A DNA stretch of 64,000 bases, taken from contig CAJINV010000003.1 of the NCBI GenBank assembly GCA_905178155.1, forward strand, positions 3,047,714 through 3,111,713, read 5' to 3'. Below are positions 36,924-49,268 of this stretch, one piece after another. Numbering within the stretch: the stretch's first letter is position 1; each line of letters opens with the position of its first letter. A program made the translations under genes and the position numbers. Origin of the DNA: Amoebophrya sp. A120 (Eukaryota; Protista; Dinoflagellata). Below the pieces are notes generated by a model that saw nothing but the letters and a program-made list of their open reading frames with translations, was not told the DNA's origin and made no database searches.

Positions 36924-37463
36924 CTTTTGTCTGCCGGCTGAGCAGCCATTTCCATTTCCCTTGGTCGGCTACTAGAACTACCTGCAAGCTGCTGCGATTA
37001 CTTAATCATACAAAATACAACACTCTCGTTCTTTGATCGTCCTGACAATCGAGGGAAGGAAAAGTGCTTGCTTAGTTACGCCCTGAACGAGCAGAATTGT
37101 GATTCTGAATCCGGCTCGTGATATATCGTGACCGGCCACCGGAAGAAAGGGCACAACAACAAACTTTGCATTTTCATTCAGGAACGAACCTACAGGTGGA
37201 CCAGGTTTTCTTCACTTTTCCAGTTCATGTGCAGATCACAATGTAATTGAGATCCCTTCTCGGACCGTTCACTTTCCTATCCATCGTGAAAGCTGCAACA
37301 AAGTGGAGCCTTCGTTTCAACATCAAGACTGGGAGAGAACAAGCAGACGAGGGCGGGCTTCCTGTTCGTTGTCCGTTCCTTTTTTCGTATTTCTTTCATA
37401 CTTTTCTTCTGCGACTTTTTTCTCCTTCTACAACGCACTTGGACGCGTTTGCGTGTGCCAGTC

Positions 37464-40344
37464 TCAGACCAGTCCTTGTCTTCTCAGGTCATCATACGCT
37501 CGTTTGGTCATTACATTGCCGGATGCGTCCTCGCACTCCTGACCGTCCTGTTCGAACTGCGTTGCGCCGGCTTCTTTTCTGAGCTTTTCCCACAACGCCA
37601 CTGCGTCCACGATTTTCGTTATCTGTTTAAAGTTTTTTTTTGTGTAAGTAATGGCACTTCATCATCTTGCTTAATCCACCTAGCAAAATGCGGTCTAAGT
37701 TCCAAAAATGCAAGCGCAAACAGACGACTTTTACATGAAGAACCTGGCCGTCTCCACGAAGAACGCGAGACAAAGGATCAACACTGCAAAATTTTTTTTC
37801 CGAAACAAGAAATATACCTCGGCGAAGTGTTTTGTGTTTGGGATTTTCAAGGCGCGCAGGCCGTTTGCGTGTCGCCACTCGGAGAAGTGTTGGTGGAAGG
37901 CGCGGGGGCCCCAGTAGGAGTGGTTCCCGCAGATCTCGCACTTGTACTCGCGCCCCATGTCGTGCAGCTTATAGAGCCAGAAGGGGATGGGTTTGCCGTC
38001 CCAGCCGATGGGTAATTTCAGCGGGTTGTAAATGGCCCGGTCCTCGGACTGAACGCTCTCGTTGTCGCTGTTGTCCTCGTCCTCGGGCTTTTGTCGCAAG
38101 AAAAAATGCCCCCACACCCCAGAAATTGGCAGCAGTTGTATTGCAAACCTTTCCAATGTAAACACTCCCCGTCTTGCAGACAGCAGCATCACAAACTTTG
38201 AATGCTGAATAGCTCAAATTTGTGTTGCAACAGAACCCAGCAACAGCCAGGCCTGTGATGCAACAAAAGATGCGTTCTTGCGGGGTCAGATTCTACTGCA
38301 CCAGAAAGACTCATTATAGTCCTTTCATGCAAGACAAAAGTTTCATTTTGCATCAGAAACTTCTGCAGCTTCCGGGGTCGTGGGGGCTTTTTTCACTGTG
38401 ATAGCTTCTCGTCGTCCTTCTTCCTCGTGCCCGTTCCGTCCTCCGCGGCGAGGTCTTGGGCCTGCTTCTCGAACATGGCCTGCTCGTTCTCCATGTGCTC
38501 GGCGTACTCGTCCTCGGTCATGGACTGCTTCAGTTGGCAGATGTTCACCGCCTCGCGCACCTGGTCCTGCACCAGGTCCAACAGCTTGTGGCACTTGTGC
38601 TCCATCGCCGCGATTACCCGGTCCTCATTCCGACTGTCAAACTCGAATTGCTCGATGTCTTCCGGCCCCAGGCTGGTCATCTGGCTCAGCTTTTTCATGT
38701 ACCTGTTTAGAATTTTATTTTTTTTTCCGTACAGCATTTACTTATTCTGGTAGACCATTGGAGGTTCCATTGCCAAGAACGTGCTGGTGCTGCACAGTGT
38801 TTACTCACAACCACTCAAAAGCAAAAATCGCATTCAGGATGAACAAAATCAAACTATAATACGCTTTGCTCTTCTCGTGAGATGCTTTTGTGGCTTCGTT
38901 TGCGCAGAGCCGGTCCGTCGCGCGCGCGTAGAGCGGCATTTTACACGTCGGCTCTTCCCAGCCTCGCTTTTGGCCCTTCTCCCATTCAAAGCTGAAATCC
39001 GATTCGGACCTGTTTGGTTCATCAAGTTTCCAGGTGCATATTGAAGCCATTTACTGCCATGTCAAAATTGAAATTTCATCGCATATAATTGGAGCGAGTT
39101 TGGAATGGCATGGTCGAAACATCAAACCCGCAGCAACTAAAAATCGTATACTTTTTAATTATTTCAGGCAGGTCCAGCAGTGGTTGCGCCCGCTGCACGA
39201 AGGATTCCAGATACGCGTTCACCTGCTGCAGATAGGCGCGATACTGGTTGTCGCGGTACTTGCAGTGTCGTGGAATGTCCCAAAACTCGTGAAATGTTTG
39301 GAGCCACTTGACATAATCGAGTTCCACGAACGCGAGCTTCTTTTGTATCTCTGGATCACTGAGGTCCAGCTCCTTGTTGTTGCGAAGAAGTCGCGTCTGT
39401 TTTTGATAATGGATAATTTCATTTCGAAATAGGAGAGAGAAAATTGTCGGCAAGTTTGTTGTGCCCTTCAAAAACAGAGGGAAAGCTGTGCGGGGAACTA
39501 CTTAGGCTGCTGCATCGACGTCAAAAATGGCATAAACCGTCAGGAAATTATCGGTGCACCATCTCTACTTCAGTACCTTCACTTCATCCCGGTACTTCTT
39601 CTCGCGCACATCTCGGTATTTTTTCCAGTTGATGAATTGGTTGTAGAGGACGTGTAAATCGACGCGCTTTCCGAACGCTTCTTCGGCAGAGAAGCTCGCA
39701 TCCGTCTGGTCCTGTTCCTTGGCCCGGTTGTAATACCAGATGGGGTCCCGTCGCTCTGGTATCCCTCCGGCGATCGGGTTTTTTCGGTGGTAGGTTTTAA
39801 CCTGTGAAGAAAAAAATTTTGCCAGAAATTAATATAAGTAATAATTTCTCTGTGATCATGAATTTCGAAATTTACGAGGAGCTGATGGATACAACGAGCG
39901 CGGCCAACGAAGACGACGACGATACAGACAGGCACCGGAGCTGCAACACGGAACAAACACAGTACTGGTAATGACAGATACGCAGCTTGTTCGCAGAAAA
40001 GCGACATAGCCGAAAACAAAAACCAGACTCGAGGTAGTAAGTACTTCCTTGATTTTCTCGTAAAAGGAGTTCCAGATGGTGTTTTCCGGTTTCTTCGGAT
40101 CGATTCCCGCTAGAAAGTCGCATTCCTCCGCTCGCAGATTGTCCTTATCTTCGTACAATTCGAGGGCGTCTTTCGCGTTTTTGCTGGTCTCATCGATCAG
40201 GAGTCGCATGTAGCCCTCGCAGGCGACCTGCACTCGCGCGCTGTCGGGATAGGCGGCTCGCTCCTGCAGAACTTTGGAGAGAGTCTTTTCTATTATTTCG
40301 CACGCCTCCTGGGCGGCTCGGGTCTGCTCTAAAACGGACGTCAT
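37464..40344 (-). CDS. SF3A3: Splicing factor 3A subunit 3 (Prp9/SAP61), multi-exon
   Basis: MTSVLEQTR; [24 protein letters not shown]; [26 protein letters not shown] zinc finger; ends [24 protein letters not shown]. Confidence 0.97.
38092..38403. mobile_element. Introner in SF3A3
   Basis: TGTCGCAAGAAAAAATGCCCCCAC ... GTGGGGGCTTTTTTCACTGTGATA. Flanks GCTTT (38087-38091) and GCTTC (38404-38408). Excision gives DDEKPEDED. Confidence 0.85.
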
Positions 40345-41285
40345 GCTGGGTACAGCTGGTCGTCGTGGGGGTTTTGTCGCTTCGAGCACTGGGACGGGAA
40401 CGTCGAGACAGGCTTGCTCACTCCGAAAACTCGAACCGAGGGATTGCTTCGGTCGCGCGTCGGAGATGGTCGGTGCGCTACCACGACTCTAGCACAAAAG
40501 AAAGTCAAATGAACGCAGTTGCGTTTTGACTGCCATTGACGCAGACGAAGTTTAAATAACACATCTGCTTGTTCCTTGTGTGGTCGCGTCAGTGTATACT
40601 ATTGATTTGGGATAAAGTCCTTGAGTCAAAACGCTTTATGGTTTATTGTCGCTTTTGTTGTTTTTATCCTGCGTTGTCTTAATGGGGTGAGAATGATATG
40701 GATTCCTCGTGCCAAAAAAGTGCCGATCCCGAGGTCGCCAGGTCAGGATTCGCAAACGGCACCACGAAATTTCTCCCGCCAGCTCCACCTACCTTTCCGA
40801 TTGATATACTCTGAACCAGTTTTGCCTGATTTCGGATCATTCTGGATCGAGAAAAGCGTCCCCTTTCCATGATCCTAAAAATTCTTTTGATGCTAAAACG
40901 CTCAAGAATGCAGGCTTCTGATCAAACTTAAATGCGGATCTGACTGATTTCGTCTCCGCGGAGCAAACCAGCACGCTCAAATAAACTAGAGATAGGCTCT
41001 CCTCAGCCAGCCATCCACTTTTAACATCACGAAACGGCATGCAATTTACGGATCACTGCAGGACTTCCGATTTCTGATAGTCACGTACGCATACTTTTTG
41101 CGTCGCGGCGCCGGAACCAATTTTCAGTCTTGGCACTTGAGGAAGAGAACTCATCTTGATCTTCGCTTACGCTTGAAGAAAAGGGCACCTGCTGCATCAG
41201 TACTTTTTACAACATGGGAGGTGTTAATACGTGGATGTCGCCTTATGAATCATTTTTAGAATAAATGCGTAGCACTATACTAGCA

Positions 41286-44200
41286 TTACAGAAATCCGCG
41301 GCTCATTTTTTGCGCGAACCGATCTCGTCGTCGATGGTTGACTGTTTTCGCTTTATTGGCTTCCTTCCGGCGAGCGCCATAGCTTTGCCCCTGAACCGTG
41401 CGCTTGGCTTGGTCCGAGCTGTTGTTCTCGCCCTTTTTCCCACTCTTTCCACCGCCCTTGCCCTTGCTGCCACCGGTGTCGGTTACGTCCTCCGATTCGG
41501 TATTGGGTTCCGCGTCGTTAATATCCTCTTCTTCATCGTCCTCATCGTCGTCATACCATGTGTTTTTTTCGTAGTTCCAGTCTTTCCACTTGCCACCATA
41601 CCAATTGGTCTTGTCGCCTGCTTTTGATGTCTTGTAGTTGCCCATCGCGTCCATCTCCGCGTGCTCCTCGTTTTCCTCCATGTAGTTCTTCCACTCATGC
41701 CAGTCGTAGTTCGCTTTCTGTGCATTGTAGCCACTGTACCAATCGTCGTCGTAACTAGTACTCTGTTGCTCTTGCTTGTTGTGTTGTCCTCGCGAAGATG
41801 AACTACTCGAGGAAGCAGCAGCCCCAGCATTTGTCTTCCCTGTCGTCTTAACATTATTTCGCGATTTCGGGTCGTAGTCGTAGCTGCTGTTGTTGTTCTT
41901 GGTCGCGGTGGTGTTGTTGTTCCTGCTGGACGCACTACTACCTTTGGAAGATCCTCCTGCTGCTGCGCCGGCTTTATTCGCTTTCCTTCCCTTGCTGTTT
42001 TCATTCGAATTCCCCCCCTCGTCCTGGTCACCGGCGGTCTGGCCCGCACCCGTGTCCGGGAGGTACCAGTGTTCGGTGACCTCGGGCTCGTCGTCGTACT
42101 CGCGCAGGGCCTTGCGCTGCCGCGTCAACCGCACCTGCTCCCGCCGGTGCAGGTCCTCGGCGCGCTTCTGCAGCTCCTGGGCCACCTCCAGGGCGTCTTG
42201 CTGGTCCTGCTGCGCGACGAGCTCCAGAATGCGCTGCTTGTTTTCCGCGGCCTGGCGGTCCGCCAGGGTGGCCCCGGTCGCGGGATTCTGTCCGTACCGC
42301 TGCCGCGTGTGCTCCGACGCCGCGCTGAGTGCCTTCTCCAGCTGCGCGTCCAGCGGCCGCTTGCTCTTTTCCCGGGTCGACGCGGCCCGGTTCTTCATCT
42401 CCTCCAGCGTCATCTTGCGGTCCAGCACGGCCAGCGCCACCGGCAACTGGTCCTGAAACACCGCGTCGATGCACTGCGCCGTGTTGCGCTCGTACTGGTT
42501 CAGCAGCGCGCACAGAAAACCCTCGCCAAAGTCGCTCCCGAGAATCTCCCGCAGCTCGCCAATCTTCTCCCGCAGCGGTTCGTCCACCTCGGTGGCAAAC
42601 ATGTCGGTGGCATCGAGCGGTCCAATCGCCCGCTCGGTCTTGATGCCGCAAAGCTGCTCCAGGCATTGAACGCCTAGGTTTAATATTGTTTTGATGTTCC
42701 AAAAAATCCAAGCGGTGGATAGTTTTCAGAATAAACGTTCTGCTTGTTGACAAATCATGATCATCCATCCACATGAGAGTCCATCACCATGTTGATGTGA
42801 ACGAGACAAGAAAAATAACTTTATATCACTACCTATAGTGTTCAAAAATAAAAGCAAAATACGATCAAGATCCACGCCGGGTTCCCCGTGCCACTCTTCC
42901 AGTACGAGTGCCCACTCCGTCGTGAGTAGATCGTCGTGGTTGTCTGCGAATTCACCGATCCACTTTTCCAACTGGTCGAACGCGGGCACACCGCCGCGCA
43001 ACGGACACCGACTCTGGCAGTACCGCAGGATCACCTTCTGCGTGCGCTGCCGCACAAACGCTAAATCCTCTCGCTCCGAAGCCTTGTCGAACAGATCCAA
43101 GTACACCTTCAGCACCTTGTTCTCGGAACTACTCGTTGCTGCTTTTGCCGCCTGCGAACCACTTGCTCCGGCGCTTGTGGTCGTTGTTTTCAGCGCTGTT
43201 TTTAACCACTTTGAAGACGAAGAGCTGCTACTGGAGGCAGTCGACGATGCAACTTGTGGCTTGATCACAACTTCTTCGTCGAAAAGGTCAAAGTCCTCCG
43301 GGAAGAAGGCAAACACGCACTCCAGCTGCACCAGGCAGTCGGCCAAAAAGTACCACGCGTCGTCTTGCTCCTCGTTGTACATATCGAATGCAAAAGCATC
43401 GCACTAGTAGAAATCGCATGACAAATTCCCTCAGCATGAAAAATGCAATTTGTAATGCGGATTTAAGTTAAGAAGGAGATTTGTAATGCATGACAGCGAT
43501 TACTACGAGTACGATACTTTTGCACAGCATAGTACGCGCGCTCCAACGATTTCTCCAGGAGCTCCGCAAAGGCCTTTTTCGAGGTCGCGTACTTTTTTTC
43601 GATCAGTGCTTTGGTCGTCGTGGTCGAAGTCGCGGATGAAACATGCGCTGGGTCCTGCAGCACCGAGCGGACGCCCTGGAACACCACGGAGAAGTTGCTG
43701 CCCCCGTACACGGCGCAAAAATCCAACAGGAAGGGGAACGACCACACCTTTTGCATCAGGTCCGCGTACTTCTCCTCGCCGATGCGCTCGCTCGCGGATT
43801 CGCTCCGCCGCGTCAACCGCACCAGCACCCAGAAGACGTGCTCGTAGCACTGCGCGCGCGCCTCGTCGAGTCCCTGCGACGTGACCGCGCCAAACGGCGC
43901 TTGAGTCGCATCCTTCTTGCTTCCACCTTGCACGTGGGACACGACCTTGCAAGAGAGCGGATTTTTGGACGAAGTTTTGGAAGACGGAGACGCCGCTGCT
44001 ACACTCGTGCAGCTGCTGTCGTTCGTCAATAGGCTCAACTGCTGCTCGTGCTGCCGCGTGCAGAAGGCCACGAAGGAGCGCAGCGCGGGCAGCACCGTGT
44101 TATTGTACAAAACGTGCGACCACACCTGGTGAAAGGGCAGCTCCCGGAGTTTCCGCAGCATGCGCGCCTGCTCCGCGAAGAAGTACTCCAGCTCCCGGAC

Positions 44201-44917
44201 CCGCGCCTCCCCGCTGATCTCGTCCCCAGGCACGTAGAAATCCGTGGGGACAAAGGACAAGGCATCCTGTGTAAAAACGTCCCCATCCCAGAATCAAGAT
44301 GCCGATTTTGCGTACACGAGGCAAAAAGTTTAGGCTGTTCCGCATGACAAATTGGAGCTCGTAGTGTAGTCCTGTGCAGCTAGTGTGTCCGCATCACAAA
44401 TCGACCGCCTTATGCTACTTTGCGCATGACAAACTCCCAGACAGCATTAAAACATGCTCCTCATGCGGCTGCGCATGGGAAGCACTTTAGGCTTGCAGAT
44501 TTGCATGACAGCTACGGGGTGGGGACGTTTTTACATAGGATACAAGAGCTGGATCTCGCGGTAGTTCCCCTTGACCCAGTGGTCGGACAAATCCGGGACG
44601 GCCTTTGGCTTCCCCAGCTTGTCCTGCACGTAGGTCACGCCGCACTCCAGCGGCGGGGCTTCCCGCTTCTTCTCTTCGGCCCGTTTCCGGTAGTACTCAT
44701 ACTTTTCCCGGTCCTGGGCACGCTTGTAGGCCTCCTGGTTGGCCTCGCGCTCCTTCTTCGACTGCTCGGCATACTCCTGCTTTTTCTGCTCAAAGTGCTG
44801 CTTTTTCTTCTCGCCCTTGCTGGTTCCCTTACCGCCGCCGGCTTTATTGCCACTGGTGGGCCCGCTACCCTTGCCGCCCTGCGTCGCCGAGCCGCCCTTG
44901 TTGTTTTTGGGCGCCAT
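41286..44917 (-). CDS. ASCC2: ASC-1 complex subunit 2 (CUE-domain protein), 4 exons
   Basis: LRELPFHQVWSHV; FLLDFCAVYGGSN; CUE-like IGELREILGSDFGEGFLCALLNQYERNTAQCIDAVFQDQLP; C-terminal RRKEANKAKTVNHRRRDRFAQKMSRG. Confidence 0.88.
44263..44542. mobile_element. Introner family B
   Basis: CATCCTGTGTAAAAACGTCCCCA / TGGGGACGTTTTTACATAGGATA. Flanks CAAGG and CAAGA. Excision gives EIQLLSFVPTD. Confidence 0.92.
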
Positions 44918-45526
44918 AGTTCTTGCGATGTTCAGCAGCTCGAATGAGCACAATCTTCAAAGCTCATTTCGTGCCGGACAGTGGGTAGCAAAAAATTATT
45001 TTGCGCGTAGTGGGTAACTAGGAAAAATACGTCGAGGGAACGACGAAGATTCTTATTATTATTTACTCTTATTTACTTGAATACTTTCTAAAGATGATGT
45101 CATGGGGCTCAGCGTCAGGCTTTTGTATGTTAATTGAACGACTGGAAAATGAAACTGACAAGCGCAAGAGGTCGATCTCAGTCTACTGATGCTGTAGAAT
45201 CTTTCGCGTGTTTGCACGTCGATCTGCGATTTTGTACAGGATCTGAAAAAGCAGTAGCATCTTCGTGGATCATCTAAGGACGTAGTTGAGCAAGCTAATC
45301 TTCGGCCTTCCATCTTCGAGAGCTTTCTACAGAGCTAAACTAGACTACCTGCTTTTCGTTACTATATGGATAGAGAGGTTCACTTCCCTGTGGATCATGC
45401 GCCGCTCTTGACACACATTGAAACTTATAGCGGAACGCAACCCTGATGTAGGATCATCTGCACTGGAGCAGAACATCATCGGACACCGTCACAACTGTAG
45501 TTGCCACGTAGCTCCTGCTGCTTTTT

Positions 45527-48409
45527 TCACATGAGACTACACTCTATGTCATCCATGCCCTCGCGGCACGCACAACACGGAAGTCCCCCTTCCCGGTCCT
45601 TTTCTTTATTTTTTGTGGCGTCTTTCAACTTCTTTGCCGCGAGTACGTCCTGGAGGTCAGACACCTCCTGTGTAGTCTGGTGCGCCGACAGATCGTACTC
45701 CGTGGCTACTTGGTAGTGTTCCTCACCTGTCGTGTTGTGCATAATCATTCCCCTTCCTCCGATGTTGAGGCTCGTTTGTCTTTTCAAAACGAAATGCTTC
45801 CTCCGTGCTCTATGAGAACACACTATCACCAAAATAGAGTACTTACCTGCGTCACCAGTTGGTGCGGAGGACGCCGGTTCCTGTGTGGTCGTCGTCTCCA
45901 CTTTGGACACGATTTCGTCCGCTGCAGTCGTAACAGTGCGTCTCGGATCGTATCCCGACTCGTCGGCGAACACGGCTGCCTGCTCAGCCTGGGTTGTTGT
46001 ACTACGCGCGGTTGTCCCGGCTAACGCTGTTGCGGAGGAGGTCGGCGGTGGGGGGGACAGCACATCAGGCTCCGGAGCCGGCAGGTCAATGCCACGCGCA
46101 AGTGGTGCGGACGGGCAAGTCGTTGCGTACAGTCGCTCCAGCCGTACGAGCTGGGACAGCGCCCGCCAGGTCGTGCGCGTCAACGCGCTCTCGATGCGCC
46201 GGTCCGCAAAGTTCCCGGAAAACGAATGCGTCAGCTGTGCGACGTCCTCCTCCAACGAATCTAAAACCGCGTCCGGGGTCCGCATGCGCAGTGAGTCCTT
46301 GTCTTCCAAGAAAAACCGTACCGCCACCGGGTCGAATTTGCGCGCAGCGAGGTAGAAGAGTTGACATCTTATTCCATTTTTCAAATGATGTTCCGTATTC
46401 AATTCATGTTGCTGTGAAGCAAAAAAAAACCTTTCGGCAAAGAAATAAAGCGTGATCAGAAGATCAAAAAAGTTATTCTCTATCATACTCAGCCAGAAAT
46501 CGCTGCAAGCGCGTCCGGCAGGTTTTTGTGCAGCCGGTTTCCGCTGCGATGGTAGCAGCCTTTTCGGTCATGTTCCCGTCCCCCCAGTCCGAGACAGCGA
46601 AGGTGAAAGGCTTCCACTTGTGCAGGTCCGCGTTTTTGAAGGTCACTTCCACCACATCCTCCCCGAGGTCGTCGGCGTACACGTTTTGCAGCATCTGCTC
46701 CGCACCCCCACGCACGAAGATCCGGTCCACCACTTTCACCTTGGTCATCTGCTTGATGGTGTGCCGCGCCCGCTTCAGCCGAAAGAGGCCCTGCACCAGC
46801 TTCGCACCCGCGAGCGCCTGGGCCTGAAAGTCCACCGAGCCGAGGGCGTTCTGGATCACGTCGGCGAGCTTCTGTTTGGGCCCCGCGAGAAAGTACACGA
46901 AGGCCGTGTGTTCGTCCTCGTGTTCCTTCTCGGATTTCGCCGGGCTGCCCCCGAAAAAGGACGCGACGCGCGATCCCAGGTTGCGCAGCCTTTCCCCCGT
47001 CGGCGACGTGGGGGAGGCGGCGGCGGACTCGGCGCCCAGCTGCGCGTCAGAAATGCTATGGAAGTGTCAGGACCCACCGAAATTGACAAAATCGAAAAAC
47101 TTGCGATGCCTAAAATCGATACCAGTTGAAGCATCAGCTTCTAACCATGCGTGCCCTACATTTTACGCATCACAAATTTTTTGACATTGTCGATTTCGAT
47201 CCTGACACCCCCATAGATGCCCCGCGGGTCGTACTCCAGCACGACGGCCGTGTCCGGTCCCAGAAGGTCGTGCGAAAGTTCCCGCGCCTTGCACTTCGCG
47301 ACGCCCTCTTCGCCCGAGTGAATCTTGCGGATGCTCACGAGCCGCACGATGGCGGAGAGTTCCTCGTCTGCTACCTTAATATTACAGGGTGGAGATTTTG
47401 CATGCTGTCGTCGGCTGTCTAGATCATTGAAACAAGACACGTGCGCGAAAAAAGATGTCTAACGAAAACACCGCATACTGAAACAAGAATGCTGTGTAAA
47501 GAAACGGACGATGCTCTAAAATTAAGGGCCCCCGCAAATCAATAACCAATACAAGATACCCGTGCGGGTAGTTTCTTCGCTTGCGCGGCTGCACTGTCCT
47601 TGTGCAGGACGTAGAGAAAGTATCAAAATGAAAAATCCCCCCTCCCCATATCAAAACGGAGATTTGTGATGCTGATTTGTGGCCACAAATCAGCCTTGTA
47701 TTGCAGAGAGGCACTGCGGCCAGATCCCCAGGCTAGGTAGGGGCGTGCGGGTCTAGTACTTCAGCATGGCAAACGGCCCCCCTTTAGGCCCAACAGCATG
47801 ACAAACCGCTTCCATAATGGGGCGGAAGCTTCTGCCCTTGTCTTCTTGCAAGACAGATATGATTTGTGACCTCAAATCCCCAACGCAAATTTTTGGAAAC
47901 ATACCTTTTCAATATGGGGAGGGGGAATTTTTCCTCTCGATAGAAAGAAGAACTTGGCGTCCAGGCGAATCACCCGCATCTCGAACCGTTCTATGAAGTG
48001 CACAACTCCCCCTCCCCCTCATTTGCATAGCATGAACGGCAATACAAGCATCATCAAAAGTGCCGGCTTTGCATGACAAATTTGCACTGGAGCGTAGTGC
48101 TACTTGGGCTACCAGAACTTGTCATGCAAACAGTGCCAAGAGGCAAAGGGTGGATTGGGAATTTTGCATGACAAATGAGGGGGAGGAGGAGTTGTGCACT
48201 CTCATACGTTCCAGCTTCGGGTCATAAAAGAGGCACGGCACGCCGTCTTCGACCAGCGCGTCCAGGGGGAATTTGACGGGATCCGCTCCTTTGAACTTTT
48301 TCGTGCTTTTCCGCACGATCGGATCCTTATCGCTCCCGCGCAGCGAAACGTTGTGCTGGCCGTACTCAAACCGACCCGCGGCGCTTGAGGTAGAATCCCC
48401 CCGTCGCAT
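45527..48409 (-). CDS. Hypothetical multi-exon protein, N-terminus possibly PH-like; start uncertain
   Basis: Frame is continuous after removing three introners and three GT-AG introns: PKLERFEMRVIRLDAKFFFLYVLHKD...LPAR|VADEELSAIVRLVSIRKIHSG...YDPRGISDAQ. The PH-fold call is a weak pattern inference. Confidence 0.7.
47057..47215. mobile_element. Introner
   Basis: TATGGAAGTGTCAGGA / TCCTGACACCCCCATA. Flanks AATGC and GATGC. Frame restored. Confidence 0.87.
47621..47942. mobile_element. Introner
   Basis: TATCAAAATGAAAAATCCCCCCTCCCCATAT / ATATGGGGAGGGGGAATTTTTCCTCTCGATA. GAAAG at 47616-47620 and 47943-47947. Confidence 0.9.
47992..48206. mobile_element. Introner family C
   Basis: TATGAAGTGCACAACTCC / GGAGTTGTGCACTCTCATA. 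CGTTC at 47987-47991 and 48207-48211. Homologous to 49387-49612. Confidence 0.93.
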
Positions 48410-49268
48410 CGTGTGATGCTCTGGTCAACGCAGAATTTATTTCCGCGACGGGTCCGTGGGCGCCACCAACGCAGAGACGGACGAGCCCGGTGGTTTATTC
48501 TTGATGGTGGCAAAAACTTCAAGGCAGAGCCGAAGTTTCGTCACAGGGTCATCGGCCGCTTTTCAGGCATGGGGATACAAGAATCCGTTTGTCATTTACT
48601 GAAGTGGCGAACCCTCGACGAAGTCCCTCTGATTTTACCTTCACCGAGGCTACCAGACTCTCACTGTGCGATGCTCGCTCTCGTCCCTGAAAGACCTTCG
48701 CACGACTCTATCAAAGCTATAAAGGGATCGGTTCAGTTCATCTGTTCTTCAGCGAGGATGCATTGTTGCGATCGTTGCACCACCCGAACAAAGCAGCTCC
48801 ATGCTTGATGGTGGACAGTCTGGCGCTGGCCCGGACGTCCCTTGGCGCTGCCGCCAGCTGTCTCGCACTTCGTTTTCTCCACTGCTGGTGCTTTTTACCA
48901 ACCGCAAACGCCGGCACGATGCCGCGGCTCGTGATGTACAGGGATAATCAGTACAAGCAAAACACTCGTGGTTTCGAGTGTTGGAAAGGGGATACTGTTC
49001 ATCTTTCACGGGTTGCGTGCACGCGGCTTCGCGGTGCGGTTTTTCTTTCTTTGCTCAATATGAACATATGTATCCAGGCAGCAACTCTCGTATACTGCGT
49101 TTCCGTTTGAAATCGTTGTGTTATCACAAGAAATCTGCTTTAATTTCTTCTACATCACCATTGATCTATGATCCAGAGTATCAGAGTTTCAGTATCTATT
49201 GACTCAGGGTATCAAACAAGTTGTATCAAAGTGGCTTCGAGCTGAGGCTTGCACCGCCACCACTCCCC

